From Terriglobia bacterium (GTDB lineage: Bacteria; Acidobacteriota; Terriglobia; 20CM-2-55-15), in contig CAXWPJ010000009.1 of the NCBI GenBank assembly GCA_963664115.2, positions 736,001 to 800,000 of the forward strand: DNA of 64,000 nucleotides, in the 5' to 3' direction. The notes under the pieces are model-generated. The model saw only the letters and a list, made by a program, of their open reading frames with translations. It did no database searches and was not told the DNA's origin. Of this stretch, positions 1 to 8,161 are shown in pieces; positions within the stretch are counted from its first letter, which is position 1, and every line of letters starts with the position of its first letter. A program made the translations under genes and the position numbers.

Positions 1-641
1 CACCTTCAGTGTCTCCCGACCTCAGCTTGTTGACCACCCGGCTTGGCGAACGATGGGAAATAGCAGGCCTCGCGTTCAAACCCTTTGCTTGCGGAACAAT
101 GGCACAGCCTTTCGTCGACTGCGCAATCGGCCTGGCAAAGCGTGGAATTCGCGCGGACGACATTCGAAACTTAGAATGCTCCGTCGGTGAGGGCACAGTG
201 CATCGGCTGTGGGAACCTCTGGAGCTCAAGCAAAACCCACCCACCGCTTACGCCGCGAAATTCAGCACACCTTACTGTATCGCCATTGCCTTTCTTCGCA
301 GCGATGCGGGATTGGCCGAGTTCGATGAAACGTCGATCAGAGATTCCAGCGTCCTCGCCCTTTCACGTCGAGTCAGTTATGTCATTGACCCTGAAAACGA
401 ATATCCGCAGAACTATAGCGGTCACATCCGCGCAACGCTAAGCGATGGGACCGTCGTGGAGGAGCGCCAGCCTTATCTTCGTGGTGGCGTTCAGGAGCCT
501 TTGGAACGGACTGCGTTGATCAAGAAATGTGCGGCCAACATAAGTTACGGTGGTTCTGATCCCGCACTCGCGACTACGGTCGCGCAGTGGGCAGACCGAC
601 TGCATCAGGACGCCACAACGATTCGACTACCCCGGCTATAG
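1..641 (+). CDS. MmgE/PrpD family protein, C-terminal part (5' truncated by window edge)
   Basis: Motifs FKPFACGTM and YAAKFSTPYCIA typical of the MmgE/PrpD C-terminal domain; frame open from window start. Confidence 0.8.
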   Translation, partial: PSVSPDLSLLTTRLGERWEIAGLAFKPFACGTMAQPFVDCAIGLAKRGIRADDIRNLECSVGEGTVHRLWEPLELKQNPPTAYAAKFSTPYCIAIAFLRSDAGLAEFDETSIRDSSVLALSRRVSYVIDPENEYPQNYSGHIRATLSDGTVVEERQPYLRGGVQEPLERTALIKKCAANISYGGSDPALATTVAQWADRLHQDATTIRLPRL

Positions 642-673
642 AAACGGCCTGACTCCAGGCTACTTTCACCGCG

Positions 674-702
674 TTGCCGCAATGGCACGAAACCGGTAAA
701 CT
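674..702 (+). promoter_or_regulatory. Putative sigma70 promoter for the glycosyltransferase gene
   Basis: TTGCCG-17 bp-TAAACT, about 10 nt upstream of ATG 713. Confidence 0.4.
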
Positions 703-712
703 TTTCCTCGGC

Positions 713-2128
713 ATGAAACAAGAAGATGCGCTTCGGGCCTTACGCGAGGGTGATTACGAAACCGCCGCGAACCTGCTCGAAACAGTCGTTCGGGAAAACC
801 GATTCAGCTCGGATGTTCTAAACAACGCGTACACGATCGCGCTCTACTCAGCAGGCAATACTGGAGAGCTCGCCGACGCTGCGTTTCGAATCGGTCAGGT
901 TTACGAGGAAACGAATCCCGGCCTTGCACTCGACTATTACCAACGGGCCGTTTACTCCGGACTGGATCCATCCCGAGTTCGTAGCGTTTGCGAGTTCCAG
1001 ACACGATCAACCCTACCGCTCGACACGCGTCCTTCAAGCAACATTCGCACTGGCCATATCGCGCACGTGATCGGTTGCTTCCAACCGGGTCACGCGCCGA
1101 GCCTCTATATTCAGTTGATGGCGAAAGCACTCGCCGAACACGGCGTCCGATCAACTGTATTTACGACAGAGTGGGCGTCGGACTGGTTTTTCAACCCCCC
1201 CGGACGACAATCGAAACCGGTCGATGTCGAGGCAGAAACCTTCGTGGGTCCCGAACGTGGCAACTTCCTCGAACGCGCTGAGCGGGTAGCCACTGCGCTT
1301 CGCGATCGGGACATCGACATCGCTTTTTATCATTGCGGGCCGACCGAATAGATAACCGTTCGAGTGGCAGCATTTCGGCCAGCGCCGATTCAGATCAACG
1401 TCAACCATGCCACCGAAGTCGACGCCGACATCTTCGAAGGTTTCGCCCATCTCTTCCAGAACGGTTTGGAAAGAAGCCGGTATCGGCATCGTCCATCGCG
1501 TTGGATTCCATTGATTTCCGATATCGTAGAACGTCTGAAATCATGCGTGCCCCGCAAGCGCGACGAATTTGGCATTGCGGGGGCCGAAACCATTTCGGGC
1601 ACGTACGGTAACCTTTTCAAAGCCAGTCCGGATTATGTGCGGACCCTCATCCGGATTATGCAGAAATTTCCCACACACCATCACTTCTTCGCAGGATCGG
1701 GAGACCCGGCCCCCATCCAAAAACTCCTGGAAGCCGCTGGACTGATGCCCCGCGTCCGATTCCTCGGATTTATGGACGACATTGCGAACCTCCTGGACAT
1801 GACCGACCTCTACCTGAATACCTTTCCTGTTTCTGGCGGACAGTCGGTACTGGAACCGATGGCAGCCGCCAAGCCGGTTGTCATATTGCGGCACGCGGAG
1901 GCAACGCACTGTAATGCAGGAGCCGAGCTGGCCGGAATCGAAGAAGTCTCGGTTTATACCGAGGACGATTACGTGGAGCTGGCCGCAAGGTTGATCGAGA
2001 ATCCGGCGTTACGCCGACAGTACGGCGAGAGACTGCAGGGACGTTTCCAAGAAAATTTCCGGCCGACGGATCTGGGGCCCAAGTACATGGATTTCATGAA
2101 GGAAGTCATAGAAGAATCAGGGCGTTAA
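713..2128 (+). pseudogene. TPR-containing GT-B glycosyltransferase (SPINDLY/GT41- or GT4-like), interrupted by an in-frame TAG at 1349-1351
   Basis: ORFs 674-1351 and 1364-2128 are in the same frame (HCGPTE*ITVRVAAFRPAPIQINVNH); N-terminal helical repeats; DLYLNTFPVSGGQSVLEPMAAAKPVV GT motif. Confidence 0.75.
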
Positions 2129-2159
2129 ATCATCCCGTTTGTTGCAGAATATAAGAAGG

Positions 2160-3575
2160 ATGAGACGCAACCCAACCCGACTGCTTGCCATCGTATTGTT
2201 TACAACTCTCGTGAGCGCTTGCGGTGGTCCCGCCCCGCAAGACGAACCCATACCCGCAGCAGTCACCCCCTTCGCCCCAACACTGTCCAGGATTGCGACA
2301 CCCGTCCTGGTTCCTGTCGCCCAGCTCCGTACTCTTGTCGATCGACGGCTGTCGGGGGAACTCTATTCCGAATCGCGCCAGATCACGACCGGCGTGACGC
2401 TCGACATCGTCCTCAATCGGCGCAACGCACCGATCACAATGGAGATGACCGGGGACACGCTGACAACGGAAGTGCCCCTCAACGTGAACGGGAGAGTAAC
2501 TCTGGGACTGGGTCCGTTCAGCATCGGACGGCCCGAAGGATTCGACGCAGATCTGGACGTGCAACTCAAAACAGCAGTGAGACTGAATCCGGACTGGACG
2601 GTAGCTTCGGATTCTACCGTCTCAATCAACGTCCAGCGTGCCGAGATCACTGTGCCTGGATTGGAATTGAACGTATCGGCGATCATCGAGGAGATACTCC
2701 AGAGAAACTCCGAAAGAGTCGCGGCCCCTCTGGACAACTATCTCGCCGACCTCGATGTTCGAGGAATGTTGGAGCCGGTCTGGGAAGGCTTCGCCGAACC
2801 CATTCAGCTCACCGAGGACCCGTCGGTGTGGCTCCGTATTGAACCTGTCGCTTTCAATCTGTCACCGGCCGAAGCTTCAAGCGGAAACATGCGGTTCGAT
2901 GTCGGTATGGAAATGTACATCGACTCCGTTGTCGGAGAGCGACCCGAGTCGTTGACGCTGGGACCGATACCGCAGCTGGGAGCGGCACCGGAAGGCACTG
3001 GTGCATTTCAGATTGCGATTCCGATCAGACTCGAATTGGATGAAGCGACGGAGGCTATCTCGGGTCAGATCGTTGGACGCGAGGATGAAATCGGAACAAG
3101 CGCTCGAGTTCGATGGCTGGGAATCGAATTATCCGGAAGCGATGACCGCCTGAGGGCCGCCGTCCGCTTCGAAGCAGATACGGGCCTGTGGTTTGTTGAC
3201 GAATTGTCTGGAGAGATGGCGCTGGAGGGCCGTCCGTCCTATGACCGGGATACGCATACTCTGAGAGTGACGGGTGTCGACTATCAACTTGAGTCTGACA
3301 GCAGGCTCGCCTGGATTGCCGACCGATTGCTTCACCGGAGACTTCGGGATCGCATACAGGAGGCACTCGTGTTTCCGCTCGAAACGGTTATCGAGGATAT
3401 TCGCGAGCGTCTCCAGAGCGAACTGGAAGGCATTTCGCTCAGCAGCTACGGAACCATGAACGCGCAGATTGACACACTGAGCCCGGAATCGGTTCGTGTG
3501 GACGGCTCGGTCTTAGAGCTTTTGATACGAGCGGACGGAACGATGGGTTTGAACCTGACCTTACCTGCCAACTAG
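2160..3575 (+). CDS. DUF4403-like lipoprotein
   Basis: Lipobox LVSAC after a hydrophobic signal; EPIQL..VWLRIEP motif; beta-rich two-domain protein of about 470 aa. Confidence 0.65.
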   Translation: MRRNPTRLLAIVLFTTLVSACGGPAPQDEPIPAAVTPFAPTLSRIATPVLVPVAQLRTLVDRRLSGELYSESRQITTGVTLDIVLNRRNAPITMEMTGDTLTTEVPLNVNGRVTLGLGPFSIGRPEGFDADLDVQLKTAVRLNPDWTVASDSTVSINVQRAEITVPGLELNVSAIIEEILQRNSERVAAPLDNYLADLDVRGMLEPVWEGFAEPIQLTEDPSVWLRIEPVAFNLSPAEASSGNMRFDVGMEMYIDSVVGERPESLTLGPIPQLGAAPEGTGAFQIAIPIRLELDEATEAISGQIVGREDEIGTSARVRWLGIELSGSDDRLRAAVRFEADTGLWFVDELSGEMALEGRPSYDRDTHTLRVTGVDYQLESDSRLAWIADRLLHRRLRDRIQEALVFPLETVIEDIRERLQSELEGISLSSYGTMNAQIDTLSPESVRVDGSVLELLIRADGTMGLNLTLPAN

Positions 3576-3588
3576 AGTCTAGCCAACT
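3571..3588. repeat. 18-bp direct repeat ACTAGAGTCTAGCCAACT, left boundary of the accessory block
   Basis: Exact copies at 8434-8451 and 8660-8677. Confidence 0.85.
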
Positions 3589-3684
3589 GCGGAACCTATT
3601 ATACCCTCGTCTGACTTCTGCGGTCCGCTCGCCTCTTGGCTCGCGCAGTCGCATTCGCGACACAAAAAAGATCTCCCGAGGGAG

Positions 3685-3840
3685 GTTCAGCCACTTCCTT
3701 GACCGGATGCCCCTTCTCGGCGACCTGCCGGATCGATTCCCGCCGGAACTCTTCCGTGTATCGCTGCTGTCTCATACTTACACTCCTGAGGTTGCCTCAT
3801 TTTAGCCCTCACAAATGTCTACGAAAGTATGGGCATTCCA
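3685..3840 (-). mobile_element. IS3-family remnant (left inverted repeat plus 5' end of orfA)
   Basis: Minus strand begins TGGAATGCCCATACTTTCGTAGACA (IS3-type TG terminus); ATG at 3775 gives MRQQRYTEEFRRESIRQVAEKGHPVKEVAE, then similarity stops. Confidence 0.75.
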
Positions 3841-3968
3841 TCGCGCCTTCCGAATAAACCCTTCTCCACTTCGCCAGCTTGTACGCACATCTCCAACGGA
3901 AACTTCCTTACAGCAAGTTACGAACGTCATGTAAGATCTTGATACTTGAACACACTGCAAAAAGGATG

Positions 3969-4045
3969 AGATAACTCATAAAGACTTAATGAGGTGGGAG
4001 TAGCGTGACTCGCTTTTCCCGCGTCCGCTCATTTATGAGTTGGGC
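3969..4045 (+). other. Putative integron attI-like site (first recombination site of the array)
   Basis: Core GTTGGGC at 4039-4045 is the exact complement of the first downstream R'' box GCCCAAC (4903-4909); AT-rich non-coding context; lacks a normal attC stem. Confidence 0.55.
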
Positions 4046-4145
4046 GGACAAGCAAGAACGATGCGTCAGTGACATGCAGAACACATTGAGGCGAGTCCAA
4101 TCGCGATAGGCTATTCCAAGGATCGGACGTTGAACAGGATCAAAC

Positions 4146-4382
4146 ATGCATGACTCCAATACGCGACGGTGTGCTGTATGCGGACGGGAGTATCAGTGGG
4201 AACCGCACAGGTACGATGGCGAATACATTCCGAGGTATCAGCTAAACGCATGTTCACCTTGCTATATGGGGAATTGGGATGGCTGGAATCCCCATTTCGA
4301 ATCCAAGTTAGTTAAGCATCTCGAGTCAAAGGGCCTCCCTCTGCCCGAGAGGAACGAAAGAGGGTGGTTTCCGAGGGACTAA
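4146..4382 (+). CDS. Small CxxC-CxxC zinc-finger-like hypothetical protein (cassette 1)
   Basis: 78 aa, CAVC...CSPC; AGGA RBS upstream. Confidence 0.65.
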   Translation: MHDSNTRRCAVCGREYQWEPHRYDGEYIPRYQLNACSPCYMGNWDGWNPHFESKLVKHLESKGLPLPERNERGWFPRD

Positions 4383-4409
4383 TGACGCCCGACGATCTGA
4401 GGTTGCAAG

Positions 4410-4886
4410 ATGAGCTTGAAGGATGAGATCGAAAAGCTAATCCAGGACGAACAGCGGAAGATCCGAGACCGCGACCGTGAGACCAAGAAGTACTACTCAA
4501 AGCTGCGAGAATGCTTTGCACCGCTCCGCAAACTGCTAGAACAACTAGTCGTTTCAATTGAAAAGCCTTACATCAAATCACGCATTGACGACCAGAAAGC
4601 AACTTTGGAAGTCGGACGTGAGGAGAATGGTCGTTTCTTGGCAGACGTGCGTTGGGAAATTGAACCACATTATTCTACAGACACAGCCGATCACGAGGAG
4701 AGCCTCTCACAACCTGTCGTATTCTCCATCGGGGAGACTCACTATTTCCGAATGGAGGATGAGGTCTTGGAGAACGCCGAGCGCTTCGATACAGATCATG
4801 CCGTCGTCGAGTACCTCATGAGGTGCATTGCTGAAAAGATTGCCCATTACCGCCATCTTCAGTCCTTGGTTCGTCCCACGGAATGA
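4410..4886 (+). CDS. Hypothetical protein with N-terminal coiled coil (cassette 1)
   Basis: 158-aa ORF with GAGG RBS, ends just before attC1. Confidence 0.7.
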   Translation: MSLKDEIEKLIQDEQRKIRDRDRETKKYYSKLRECFAPLRKLLEQLVVSIEKPYIKSRIDDQKATLEVGREENGRFLADVRWEIEPHYSTDTADHEESLSQPVVFSIGETHYFRMEDEVLENAERFDTDHAVVEYLMRCIAEKIAHYRHLQSLVRPTE

Positions 4887-4902
4887 ACAGCCGAATGTGG
4901 CC

Positions 4903-5022
4903 GCCCAACAAGGCAATGAAGCAGTCAGACCGTGAACGCGATAGGCACTGCAGCTTTTCTCAGGCACTGTCGGTTGGCGTCGCCCATCGCACGACCTGCA
5001 GCTTATTGCCGGACGGTTAGAC
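4903..5022 (+). other. attC site 1
   Basis: GCCCAAC...GTTAGAC; arms GGCAATGAAGCAG / CAGCTTATTGCC pair with an extrahelical G. Confidence 0.9.
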
Positions 5023-5093
5023 GCACCCAGGAGGAGACAGTTGTTACTACAGATCGCACGTCGTGAGGACTCGGGTGTCAGGATCGAACGCAG

Positions 5094-5523
5094 ATGAGGG
5101 TTGAAGAAGAATACGCAGACGTCCTCCAAAATATCGAGTCGGCCATCGTGGCCGTCTTCGATGCGGATCCGAAAGTGGCTGATCGCGATGTGCTCGCTGC
5201 GGTCGATGCGCTGACGAGAAGTTACATGCGTGACAAGGCCGGGCGTGGCACTGAAGCACCAGGGCCGCCCGGCCGGGCGCGAGCTGTGTATCAGCAATGT
5301 CGACGTATCTGCGAATGGCGCCTCGGTCGACAGTCCCTGAACGAGGGGGGAACCCAGTCAAGATGATCCTCAATTGGACGAACTATCAGTGTCAGAGATG
5401 ATCCTGTGTCTGAAACGACTCCGGAAGTCCATTCGTTTGTGGCACTCAGAAGGAGGACGCCAAGGGTATCTGAGATACGTCCGTCAATTCCTTGACGATG
5501 CGGCCTCTCAATCGGGAGTCTAA
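5094..5523 (+). pseudogene. Hypothetical cassette protein frameshifted at a G6 run (cassette 2)
   Basis: Removing one G at 5345-5350 joins ORF 5094-5366 to ...EMILCLKRLRKSIRLWHSEGGRQGYLRYVRQFL...GV*, whose TAA lies inside the attC2 R'' box (142 aa in total). Confidence 0.75.
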
Positions 5524-5577
5524 CAAGGCAATGAAGCTGCCAGTCCGTAGGTGTTCTTACGGGGAAGGACGTTATAG
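5518..5577 (+). other. Truncated attC site 2 (left arm only)
   Basis: GTCTAACAAGGCAATGAAGCTGCCAGTCCGT is nearly identical to the attC1 left arm; the complementary right arm is missing. Confidence 0.7.
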
Positions 5578-6039
5578 GTGAACATCAGTAGAATAGCGAG
5601 CCGTGTTTCCGGAAAGTGTATATCTCACCTGACAGCGCCCGAAAACGGACAGTTCGCGATTCACTTCGTAGATGGCTCCGCGCTCCTCATCGTACGGCTG
5701 CGAGGAGGTCTGGCTATCGACTTCATATCGCAGAACCGTTCCAGCGACTGCCCGGTCGCGGTTCAGCCCACGTCACGCCAACGCGAGTATCTCGACTTCA
5801 TCAAGAAATACATCGTCCGCTTTGGCTTATCTCCCGCGGAATCTGACATTCAGCGGCACTTCCTTGTGTCTGCGCCCTCAGTGAATCAGATGATGCAGGT
5901 GCTTGAACGACACGGCTTTATCATGCGACAGCGGGGAGTGCCACGGTCGATCCGTCTGGTTGAGGCCACCGACTGTTCGGTCTGTGGAAGTACTCATCAC
6001 GTAAAGGGCGCGGGCCCTGGAGGCATAACAAGGCGATGA
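5578..6039 (+). CDS. Protein with LexA-like winged-HTH DNA-binding domain (cassette 3)
   Basis: TSRQREYLDFIKKY..SPAESDIQRHF.VSAPSVNQMMQVLERHGFIMRQRGVPRSIRL; no peptidase domain. Confidence 0.7.
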   Translation: MNISRIASRVSGKCISHLTAPENGQFAIHFVDGSALLIVRLRGGLAIDFISQNRSSDCPVAVQPTSRQREYLDFIKKYIVRFGLSPAESDIQRHFLVSAPSVNQMMQVLERHGFIMRQRGVPRSIRLVEATDCSVCGSTHHVKGAGPGGITRR

Positions 6040-6146
6040 ACCCGCCGTCGCAGATTCGGGCCCCGCTGCAATTGCCTCGAATTTTAGTGCTGTCGGCCCG
6101 CAAAAACAGTTCGCTGGCGGCTCGGGTTATCGCCAATCCGTTATGC
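6023..6146 (+). other. attC site 3
   Basis: GCATAAC...GTTATGC; arms GGCGATGAACCCG / CGGGTTATCGCC. Confidence 0.9.
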
Positions 6147-6169
6147 CGACAATCTCGCCTACGTAGGAC

Positions 6170-6198
6170 TTGCCCATACTGCGCCAATGGCGTAGCAT
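6170..6198 (+). promoter_or_regulatory. TA cassette promoter with palindromic operator
   Basis: TTGCCC-17 bp-TAGCAT; imperfect palindrome CTGCGCCAATGGCGTAG overlaps the spacer and the -10 box. Confidence 0.65.
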
Positions 6199-6203
6199 GA
6201 AGT

Positions 6204-6521
6204 GTGCTCATCGTTGAGACTCCGATCTTCACGAAACGGCTTCGCCAGGCTCTCGATGAGGAACAGTACCGCTTGCTTCAGGCAGCCCTGGTTGCTTCCC
6301 CTGACTTGGGTAAAGTTGTCCCGGGTGGTGGTGGCATCCGAAAGCTTCGTTGGGCAGGGAGTGGTCGAGGCAAGCGGGGTGGAGCCAGAGTTATGTATCA
6401 ATGGTCGCAGACGCACGAAAGACTCTTGATGCTGTTCATCTTCTTGAAGAACGAAAGGTCAGATCTAAGCGCTCGACAGTTGAGGCAACTTCGCCGCGTC
6501 GTGGAGAGTGAATTGGAATGA
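6204..6521 (+). CDS. higB: RelE/HigB-family toxin (cassette 4)
   Basis: IVETPIFTK..GKVVPGGGGIRKLRW..GRGKRGGARVMY; toxin gene precedes antitoxin. Confidence 0.85.
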   Translation: MLIVETPIFTKRLRQALDEEQYRLLQAALVASPDLGKVVPGGGGIRKLRWAGSGRGKRGGARVMYQWSQTHERLLMLFIFLKNERSDLSARQLRQLRRVVESELE

Positions 6522-6829
6522 AGAAGGAAATGTTTGAGGAACTGCTTGAGAGTGTCCGCCAAGGGGGTGAGATCCGGCGGGGCGAGCGCAAGCCTGCACG
6601 TGTCTTCGTAGCTGCAGAGCCGGATGCGCGAAAGATCCGCGAGTTGTACGGCCTCTCGCAGGAAAAGTTTGCCAATCTCATTGGCATTAGTGTGGCTACC
6701 CTACGTAATTGGGAGCAAGGCCGTCGAACGCCGGAAGGCCCGGCGAAGGTCCTGCTTCGGGTTGCGGCAAAACACCCGGAGGCCATTTTGGATGTTGTGC
6801 GAGAACGCAAAACACGAAAAACGGCATAA
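6518..6829 (+). CDS. higA: HigA-type HTH-XRE antitoxin (cassette 4)
   Basis: GLSQEKFANLIGISVATLRNWEQGRRTPEGPAKVLL; ATGA overlap with the toxin gene. Confidence 0.85.
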   Translation: MKKEMFEELLESVRQGGEIRRGERKPARVFVAAEPDARKIRELYGLSQEKFANLIGISVATLRNWEQGRRTPEGPAKVLLRVAAKHPEAILDVVRERKTRKTA

Positions 6830-6917
6830 CAAGTGGCTGCACCAAGAAGGCGGCCGCAGGTTATCTCTTGAATTCAATCGGAAGTGGCCGCCGCAAGTGA
6901 GCCACAATCCGTTAGGC
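6824..6917 (+). other. attC site 4
   Basis: GCATAAC...GTTAGGC; arms GTGGCTGCAC / GTGAGCCAC; R'' complements the upstream GTTATGC. Confidence 0.9.
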
Positions 6918-6956
6918 GGTCGAGGTTCAAGCTCGGGGACAGAAGGTCAACTGACG

Positions 6957-7250
6957 ATGAAAAAGCCACGGTCGCGTCGACAACTATCCCCGGATGCAAG
7001 GTTGAAGAATGCACGAAAATGGCTCGCCGAAAGACCCACTGAGGATCTGCTGAATCAGTATCGCCGTTGCTACCATGTGACGGAAATGGTCGCGTATGTC
7101 GAGCTTGTTCAACTGGGCTACGAAGACACTCTGAGAATACAGGCGTACGAAAGGGACGGCATCGCGTGGGGATATATGGTCGATGGGTATAGCGGTGACA
7201 TGAAGGTCGTACCGAAAGGGATGCCAGAGTGGGAACTGCATCTGTACTGA
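6957..7250 (+). CDS. Hypothetical protein, 97 aa (cassette 5)
   Basis: ATG 6957 after GAAGG, in frame with track ORF 6624-7250 but downstream of attC4. Confidence 0.6.
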   Translation: MKKPRSRRQLSPDARLKNARKWLAERPTEDLLNQYRRCYHVTEMVAYVELVQLGYEDTLRIQAYERDGIAWGYMVDGYSGDMKVVPKGMPEWELHLY

Positions 7251-7323
7251 GAACTGGATGTAGGAGCTCGGAAAAGAGCAGTCGCTCGTATGTTCCATAG
7301 CACACATCACTCGGAGGTCGCGG

Positions 7324-7650
7324 ATGAGAGTCGACATTGACAAGCTTAGCGAGGAAGAACTTGTTGATCTCAACAACAGGATCGTCGAGCGGCTCAAATT
7401 CTTGGAGCACGCGCGAGCACACACAACAATGTTGGAGTTTCGAATTGGCGACCGCGTCACCTTTACCGCTGCTGGCCGTCCTCAAGTGGTTGGAGTTCTG
7501 ACGAAATACAATCGAAAGACGGTAACAGTGATTAGCGACGATGGACGAAGATGGAACGTTTCACCCAGCTTCTTAGAGCGAACGCCTTCATCGGATCAGA
7601 AGTCAGCCGGTGGAAAAGTGATTCCGATCAAGAAGGGCTACCGTGAGTGA
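7324..7650 (+). CDS. Hypothetical protein with SH3/KOW-like C-terminal part (cassette 5)
   Basis: GGAGG RBS; FRIGDRVTF..GVLTKYNRKTVTV..WNVSP. Confidence 0.7.
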   Translation: MRVDIDKLSEEELVDLNNRIVERLKFLEHARAHTTMLEFRIGDRVTFTAAGRPQVVGVLTKYNRKTVTVISDDGRRWNVSPSFLERTPSSDQKSAGGKVIPIKKGYRE

Positions 7651-7653
7651 GCC

Positions 7654-7753
7654 GTCTAACAAGGGCGTGAAGCAGACGATCCTGCGGTGTCACGGCCCAT
7701 GTGCGCACGTCCCGCGCCACCACGGCCTGCAGCTTATTTCCGAGCCGTTAGAC
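7654..7753 (+). other. attC site 5
   Basis: GTCTAAC...GTTAGAC; right arm CCTGCAGCTTATT shared with attC1. Confidence 0.85.
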
Positions 7754-7765
7754 GGATGGATCACC

Positions 7766-8161
7766 ATGTGGAACCTAGATGATTCGGCGCTCTACTTCAA
7801 GCTATTGTGCGAGACCATACCCTACGCGTTCACATGGGGTGAAAAGGACCGCGAAAAGCGCGAGAAGATCAGGGCGGCAATAGCTTCTAAGTTTCCCAAC
7901 GAGATTCCGCAAGCGCGATGGTGGGCGTTTCGGCTGTACGCAAAGAAAGGCGGGCACAACGGCTACGATGTCGAGAACATCCCGAAGCTGATCGTCGATG
8001 CTTTTAGTGGAACGCTGTTACGACAGGATGACTCGAGCTTCCATCAACTGGAGCTCTACGCGGACGACAAGGTCGGCAGGGTCGCGATGGTGCAGGTCCG
8101 TGGCGAAGCGTTTGAGGGCGGTGATTCCAGGAGGATCGAGATCTTTGGGCGGCGTGCGTAA
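7766..8161 (+). CDS. RusA-like endonuclease / Holliday junction resolvase-like protein (cassette 6)
   Basis: YDVENIPKLIVDAF...YADDKV resembles the RusA DxDNxxKxxxD...DD motif; start lies just after attC5. Confidence 0.55.
   Translation: MWNLDDSALYFKLLCETIPYAFTWGEKDREKREKIRAAIASKFPNEIPQARWWAFRLYAKKGGHNGYDVENIPKLIVDAFSGTLLRQDDSSFHQLELYADDKVGRVAMVQVRGEAFEGGDSRRIEIFGRRA

Noticed and set aside
1349-1351. Genome-wide TAG recoding or pyrrolysine use
   Set aside because: TAG ends many conserved genes here at their normal positions (rplQ, rpmG, rpoB, rpoC)
6624-6956. 5' extension of track ORF 6624-7250 (208 aa)
   Set aside because: Overlaps the antitoxin and runs through attC4; the real start is more likely ATG 6957
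7643-7765. 5' extension of track ORF 7643-8161
   Set aside because: It translates attC5; the start at ATG 7766 fits cassette structure
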